Sequence record: PP968062.1
Length of the DNA: 64,000 nt
Reading direction: 5' to 3' (one strand)
The notes beneath the pieces were generated by a model that did not search any database, was not told the DNA's origin, and saw nothing but the letters and a program-made list of their open reading frames with translations. Each line of letters starts with the position of its first letter. Within the stretch, counting starts at the first letter, position 1. The translations under genes were made by a program, and so were the position numbers. This document shows, piece after piece, positions 59,343-64,000 of this stretch.

Positions 59343-61043
59343 ATGTTTAATCCCGAAACTCTGGACGCTGTCCGTGATGCGGCCCAAGCGTTCACTGAAC
59401 AAGAACGTGTTCTGACTATTCCGAACCCCGAGTTCCCTCTGGCTGTCTATGCTGACGGTTTCAACTGTGAATCCGAAGGCAACAAAGTTGCAATGTCCGA
59501 TGAACTGGCTGCTTCCGTAGAGTCTCACTTCATCGAAAGCAACGTAGAAGCTCCCGAGAACGTGAACGAAGAGCGCGAAGCAATCATCAGCAATATGCAC
59601 ACCGCTATTGCTAAGATTCAGTTCAACACTCAGAACGTTATCATCCCGGCTATCAAAGCCATGGCTACCGATTACGCTAGCCGTCAAAACGTAAGTGGTC
59701 AAGCAGACTGCGACGTTAGCACTTTCAACTACGATCCGATCCACAACGATCCTCGTCTGGTGAACCACATTCAGACCCGCTATGCCAAAGTACGTCCTCT
59801 TCCGGAATATCGTACTTTCATGCTGCGTCCTATTGATGCCGCTGCTATCATCGAGATGGTATCGATCAATAACCCGCACCTGGATCAAGAGCAGGTTACT
59901 GAATGGGCTCTGAAGATCCCGGCTCAACGTGTAGAGAACGTATGGAGTGAACTGTTCGGTACCGCTCGTGGTCTGACTGTTTCTAACCTGAGCTTCATTA
60001 ACCCGAACGCCTTCCCGTTCAATCTGGATGAACTGACCCTTGGTTACTTCATCTGTGGTCACTACATCGACAATCCTCAGGAAGTTCCTGGTGAGTCTGT
60101 GACTTCTGATGAATGGGAGCAAACTGTACGTCTGCTTCACGAAATGCTCGGTTTCTACATCATCCGTGCCTATGAGAATCGTCTGGAGATGCGTGAGTCC
60201 AATACTCTCGTTCTGCGTTACGAAGCTCATCGTCCGGTTGAGAACCGTCGTGTACTCGTTACTCTGAACGGTGACGTAGCTGAAAGCTGGCTGGTTAAAG
60301 GTGGTAGCGTAGAAGCTCTGCTGGGTGCTGCTATTGATGGCGGTAACGTTGTTCATGCTCAAGGCATTGATGCCCGTGCTGAACATTACATCCGTCGTTG
60401 GACTGCTACCTACCCGCTGATCAAACAGGCTGCTCTGGACTACGCTGAAAGCCGTCGTCGTCAAGACGTAATCGATACCTTCCTGACCCATTGCGGTGAT
60501 GGTCCTCTTCGTGAGATGAACATCGGTAACGTACGCGAGATTCTGGCTGCTGCAATGCGTTTCGTTCGTAGTGAAGACCTCGATAATCCGTACTGTGTAT
60601 TCAGTAACCTGATCTGCCGTACCTATTACACTGAGCCGATGTACAAAATGTACCTCGACACTATCGATGAGTATGGTCAGAACTTCCCTGCCGCTGAACT
60701 GCGTGAGCTGAACACCCAGGCTCTGATCTCTCTGATCGCTATCTTCCAGGCTCAGCAGATCAAAGTAGAAATGTTCAATCCTGATGTTGATCCTAACGCT
60801 ACTCTTCCTCAACCGGAAGCTGTTCCGGAAGAACTCTCTGAACCGACTGGTGAAGAAGTATCCGAAGCAGTAGGTGATGCTATTGAAGGTGAAGGCCCTC
60901 TGGCTGAAACTCCGGAAGTAGAAGACGAAGAAGATCCTTACGCTGACACGCCTGCTGAAACCGAGACTGAAGTAGTCGAAGTAGAAGAGGAAAAAACCAG
61001 TGAAGAAGAAACTGAATCGGAAACTGAAGAAGAACAAGCTTAA
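59343..61043 (+). CDS. virion (head) structural protein, phiKZ gp177-like
   Basis: 566 aa, AGGAG SD, very acidic C-terminal tail; assigned by synteny. Confidence 0.7.
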   Translation: MFNPETLDAVRDAAQAFTEQERVLTIPNPEFPLAVYADGFNCESEGNKVAMSDELAASVESHFIESNVEAPENVNEEREAIISNMHTAIAKIQFNTQNVIIPAIKAMATDYASRQNVSGQADCDVSTFNYDPIHNDPRLVNHIQTRYAKVRPLPEYRTFMLRPIDAAAIIEMVSINNPHLDQEQVTEWALKIPAQRVENVWSELFGTARGLTVSNLSFINPNAFPFNLDELTLGYFICGHYIDNPQEVPGESVTSDEWEQTVRLLHEMLGFYIIRAYENRLEMRESNTLVLRYEAHRPVENRRVLVTLNGDVAESWLVKGGSVEALLGAAIDGGNVVHAQGIDARAEHYIRRWTATYPLIKQAALDYAESRRRQDVIDTFLTHCGDGPLREMNIGNVREILAAAMRFVRSEDLDNPYCVFSNLICRTYYTEPMYKMYLDTIDEYGQNFPAAELRELNTQALISLIAIFQAQQIKVEMFNPDVDPNATLPQPEAVPEELSEPTGEEVSEAVGDAIEGEGPLAETPEVEDEEDPYADTPAETETEVVEVEEEKTSEEETESETEEEQA

Positions 61044-61050
61044 TTGATAA

Positions 61051-61077
61051 CCTCCGGTATCCTTCGGGGTACCGGAG
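61051..61077 (+). terminator. intrinsic terminator/hairpin
   Basis: CTCCGGTATCC-TTCG-GGGTACCGGAG. Confidence 0.7.
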
Positions 61078-61112
61078 TGTGTCAACTTTCCTTTTTCTAA
61101 GAAGAGACTTAT

Positions 61113-61835
61113 ATGAACGTTAGGCAATTAACTCGTGATGCTCAACGTGTCAACGCGAATCTGATTGAACTGGAAGATGGTGGTATTGCTACTAACCTTC
61201 CATGCAAGATCCAGATCCCTGAACGTTTTGCTGCAAAGAACCTAGCTGTGCTGGGTAGTGAAGTCTTCATCTTCGGGTTCTTCCCGATTATCATGAATGA
61301 AGAGTTCTATGCGGTGAACAACACCATCGCCATGATGCGCATTCTCCCGAGCTCTACTGAACGAGTTGTTGTGGAGAATGAACCTTACTACGAATTCAGT
61401 TTCGAGAAAGGGGACAAAGTTTTCTATTCGACCCATCTGGTAGTTAACGATACGTTGACTTACTACATGTACGACGAGTTCGTATCTAAAGGAAACATTC
61501 CTTGGTACATGAACTACTACGACATGGCTAAGATGTTCGAGACTGCGAAGGAACACGCAGATACCTTCATTGGTGGTCGTTCTATCATCGAGTTGATTAT
61601 CTCTACTATCGCTCGTGATCCGGATGATATGACAAGATTGTATCGCCACATTCTGGCGCGACATGAAGACGTTAAAAATAAACCACCGGTAACCGTGCCT
61701 TTCCGTTCGGTTATCTGGAACACCTCTGATACCACCTCGAAACTTAACGGTGCTTACTTCAGTGACGCTATTAACTCCGCTCTGGTGAACCCCAGCGAGA
61801 AGGTAGAAGTAATTGAAGAACTGTTGAGGACGTAA
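61113..61835 (+). CDS. conserved virion protein, phiKZ gp176-like
   Basis: 240 aa between the gp177-like gene and the protease gene; assigned by synteny. Confidence 0.65.
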   Translation: MNVRQLTRDAQRVNANLIELEDGGIATNLPCKIQIPERFAAKNLAVLGSEVFIFGFFPIIMNEEFYAVNNTIAMMRILPSSTERVVVENEPYYEFSFEKGDKVFYSTHLVVNDTLTYYMYDEFVSKGNIPWYMNYYDMAKMFETAKEHADTFIGGRSIIELIISTIARDPDDMTRLYRHILARHEDVKNKPPVTVPFRSVIWNTSDTTSKLNGAYFSDAINSALVNPSEKVEVIEELLRT

Positions 61836-61850
61836 CACGGAGTTGCAGCA

Positions 61851-62684
61851 ATGCATCCTTTGGCACAATCTTCTTTTGGTGTCCAAAATTCTCCGCAGAA
61901 CCAAGTTCGTATCGGTTGCACCATGCTAGCCGGTACAGACAAAAAAGGAATTCTTGCGCCGAATGCGGACGGTTATTACACTGTAGTTCTGGGTGCCTAT
62001 GGTACACATAACTCCGCTGGTATGTTCTATGACGAAGCCAGTGGCGTTGCCATGTTCGATCCGAACTCTTCTTTGATGCGGCGCCTTAAGAAAGGTGTAC
62101 TCTTCATGGAGTTCAAACATCCGGAACCGTTTACAGATCTGATGATCGATGGTCGCGTTGTTCGTCAACCGATGGATGATCGTCAATACCTACAACGTAT
62201 TCGTATGATCGACGATAACCGGGTATGTGCACACATCCGTGCTCTGACTATTGTCCCCGGTAAGAATGAGAATGGTAAGACCGTTAAGATGGTCGTAGGC
62301 GAAGTTAAGCCTTACGGTCCCTTCGGTCACATTTTCAAAGAGTCGCTGGATAACCCGAGTATCAATACTTATTGCTCCGTACGTTCTATCACTCAAGATG
62401 ATGTAATGCGTGGCATCAAGTACACTCGTGAAATCGCCACATGGGACTTCGTAGGTGAAGGCGGTATCTACATCGCTAACAAGTATACCTCTCCTGCACT
62501 GGAAAGCTTCTCTGATACTGAAGTCATCATCACTCCCGCTACCCTGTGGAAGATGGAAGACGAAGCTAAGAAGCGTGCTAACATCGGTATGGAATCTGAT
62601 CCTAACCTTGATGTTACTGACCTGATCCAACAACTAGGTTGGTCTCGTCGTAAGCCTGTACGTGTACCTGCTTACATGCGATAA
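61851..62684 (+). CDS. prohead (head maturation) protease, phiKZ gp175-like
   Basis: GYYTVVLGA, EFKHP (His), VCAHI, GEVKPYGP, CSVRS (Ser), TWDFV; C-terminal ALES/GMES self-cleavage-type sites. Confidence 0.85.
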   Translation: MHPLAQSSFGVQNSPQNQVRIGCTMLAGTDKKGILAPNADGYYTVVLGAYGTHNSAGMFYDEASGVAMFDPNSSLMRRLKKGVLFMEFKHPEPFTDLMIDGRVVRQPMDDRQYLQRIRMIDDNRVCAHIRALTIVPGKNENGKTVKMVVGEVKPYGPFGHIFKESLDNPSINTYCSVRSITQDDVMRGIKYTREIATWDFVGEGGIYIANKYTSPALESFSDTEVIITPATLWKMEDEAKKRANIGMESDPNLDVTDLIQQLGWSRRKPVRVPAYMR

Positions 62685-62696
62685 AAAAAAACAAAG

Positions 62697-62730
62697 CATA
62701 AAGCCCTCTCCAAACGGAGAGGGCGATATG
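62697..62730. terminator. bidirectional terminator between convergent genes
   Basis: CATAAA-GCCCTCTCC-AAAC-GGAGAGGGC-GATATG. Confidence 0.8.
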
Positions 62731-62733
62731 TTG

Positions 62734-63045
62734 TCACGCTACGAAGCCATAAGCTTCTTCATTAACAGGTGGCCAACGTACAAGTGTATGTTTTCCGTTG
62801 ATCTGTTCTTCAGTTACATCTTGACCGTCCAGGTAGACTGATCTCCCGAACACACCTTGGGTTATAAGTTCACGAGCTTTGTTTAAAGCAAGTTTATACT
62901 TATCGACCGAATTATATGCGAGAGTATTACTCACATCATCCAGTGTTATACCTTCAGGTGTAAGGTAATATTCCCGCCCTTCATCAATTGAGAAGATCCT
63001 TATTAATCTCCGGAAGTTCTCGTTAATGAAAGGCCATTTTTTCAT
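62734..63045 (-). CDS. hypothetical protein
   Basis: 103 aa, downstream of the promoter motif at 63142. Confidence 0.55.
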   Translation of the reverse strand: MKKWPFINENFRRLIRIFSIDEGREYYLTPEGITLDDVSNTLAYNSVDKYKLALNKARELITQGVFGRSVYLDGQDVTEEQINGKHTLVRWPPVNEEAYGFVA

Positions 63046-63141
63046 AGGTTCTATCCCATGTGAAGAAAGTCTGAGTTTAACCGAATCAGACGTATCGCAA
63101 ACAGGGTCTGGATGCTGTCACATCCTTCCCAATTCACGTTT

Positions 63142-63160
63142 GTAATATAGTTCTCAATTA
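63142..63160 (-). promoter_or_regulatory. putative promoter (CTATATTAC)
   Basis: Minus strand TTGAGAACTATATTAC. Confidence 0.55.
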
Positions 63161-63176
63161 AGTTAGATTAAGACGG

Positions 63177-63209
63177 CATATTGCCCTCCCTTCTGGGGAG
63201 GGCTTTATG
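63177..63209. terminator. intrinsic terminator
   Basis: GCCCTCCC-TTCT-GGGGAGGGC flanked by CATATT and TTTATG. Confidence 0.75.
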
Positions 63210-63212
63210 TCG

Positions 63213-64000
63213 CTATTGAATAGCAGCATCCGGATAGAACGACTTGATCAGTTCTACAGGATTTTCCATCTTGTAGAAAGGAGCGGTCAGCATTGCTTCA
63301 CGATGAACCTCGCTACTAAGGATCAATGTGTTCGCATCTTCAGAAGCATAGCTTAAGAAGTACAGGTTCCATACCGGCAGACCTTGACGACGAGTAATAA
63401 ACCAATCGGGTTTAAGTTGATTCAAGATACGTACCAAGGTAGCCATCTGGTCAGCGTAATTAGGTCGCTCTTGAGCGCCAGTTGGATCAGGGATAGCTGG
63501 ACCAGTTGGGTTAGCCGGATCAGGAATCATTTTAGGGAATGGACCACCAGGAACACATTCCTCAGGGAAAACGTAGTTCTGTAGCAACTGGGCTGGGAAG
63601 TTAGGGTTCTCAGCAATCAATGCCGATACACCGCCGTGCAACATCAATCTTTCGATTGTGGCAAGGTCAGTACTAGGGCTAATGCCAGCAGAAGCTCGCT
63701 TAACAACAGAGAATCTGAAATCATCATCATAGTCATATTCATACTTGTTGTCCACCCATTTAGCGCCGAATGTTTCATCGACCAGGTCAGGAATACCCCA
63801 AGCCGTAACTTCTTCTACTATACCTTTCATCAGGGCAGCTTCTGCACCCAAATCGAATACACGTAGCAGGGAGTTATTAGTCAGGTCACCCATGAATCCG
63901 ATGATGCTATTCACACCACCGAAGTTACCATCGCGGAAGTAATAGTCCTTTTGATTAAGGACCATCTTCACGCCATCGAGCATGTCTGTAGCTTTGCGTA
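63213..64000 (-). CDS. virion structural protein (5' end outside the window), phiKZ gp174-like by position
   Basis: The frame stays open from the track start at 63983 to the window edge; adjacent to the protease gene. Confidence 0.6.
   Translation of the reverse strand, partial: RKATDMLDGVKMVLNQKDYYFRDGNFGGVNSIIGFMGDLTNNSLLRVFDLGAEAALMKGIVEEVTAWGIPDLVDETFGAKWVDNKYEYDYDDDFRFSVVKRASAGISPSTDLATIERLMLHGGVSALIAENPNFPAQLLQNYVFPEECVPGGPFPKMIPDPANPTGPAIPDPTGAQERPNYADQMATLVRILNQLKPDWFITRRQGLPVWNLYFLSYASEDANTLILSSEVHREAMLTAPFYKMENPVELIKSFYPDAAIQ

Noticed and set aside
59331-61127. 598-aa minus-strand ORF and other long antisense ORFs (4450..5700, 1743..2618, 42874..44022, 40332..41207, 8632..9492)
   Set aside because: They are shadows of well-supported genes on the opposite strand, caused by codon bias; they lack SDs and recognisable motifs.

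Overview
This window is a 64-kb segment of a phiKZ-like (Chimalliviridae-type, nucleus-forming) jumbo phage genome, in reverse orientation relative to the usual phiKZ map. The evidence is the right-hand core block: prohead protease, gp176/gp177-like genes, virion RNA polymerase beta and beta' subunits, a 2,256-aa tail transglycosylase and a gp182-like gene, followed by tmk, an SF2 helicase, dcd and thyA in phiKZ-like order. The left 43 kb is mostly minus-strand early/accessory genes with strong counter-defence content: a Prs-like plus Nampt-like pair (NARP1-type NAD+ rebuilding), three RNA-repair enzymes (DRB0094-type RNA ligase, RtcB, RlaP-type nucleotidyltransferase), a macrodomain protein, an SspB-like ClpX adaptor, an NAD-dependent DNA ligase, SLOG and QueC-like proteins, and a CX5R phosphatase. 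Highlights are a Tad1-like nucleotide-signal sponge with an acidic N-terminal extension resembling a capsid-protease propeptide, an ORF-less group I intron (57665-58012) splitting the RNAP beta gene, an internally deleted structural mini-gene (30509-30655), and a candidate structured ncRNA (30720-30836). No CRISPR array or tRNA was recognised. All family assignments come from motif recognition by eye, not from database searches.
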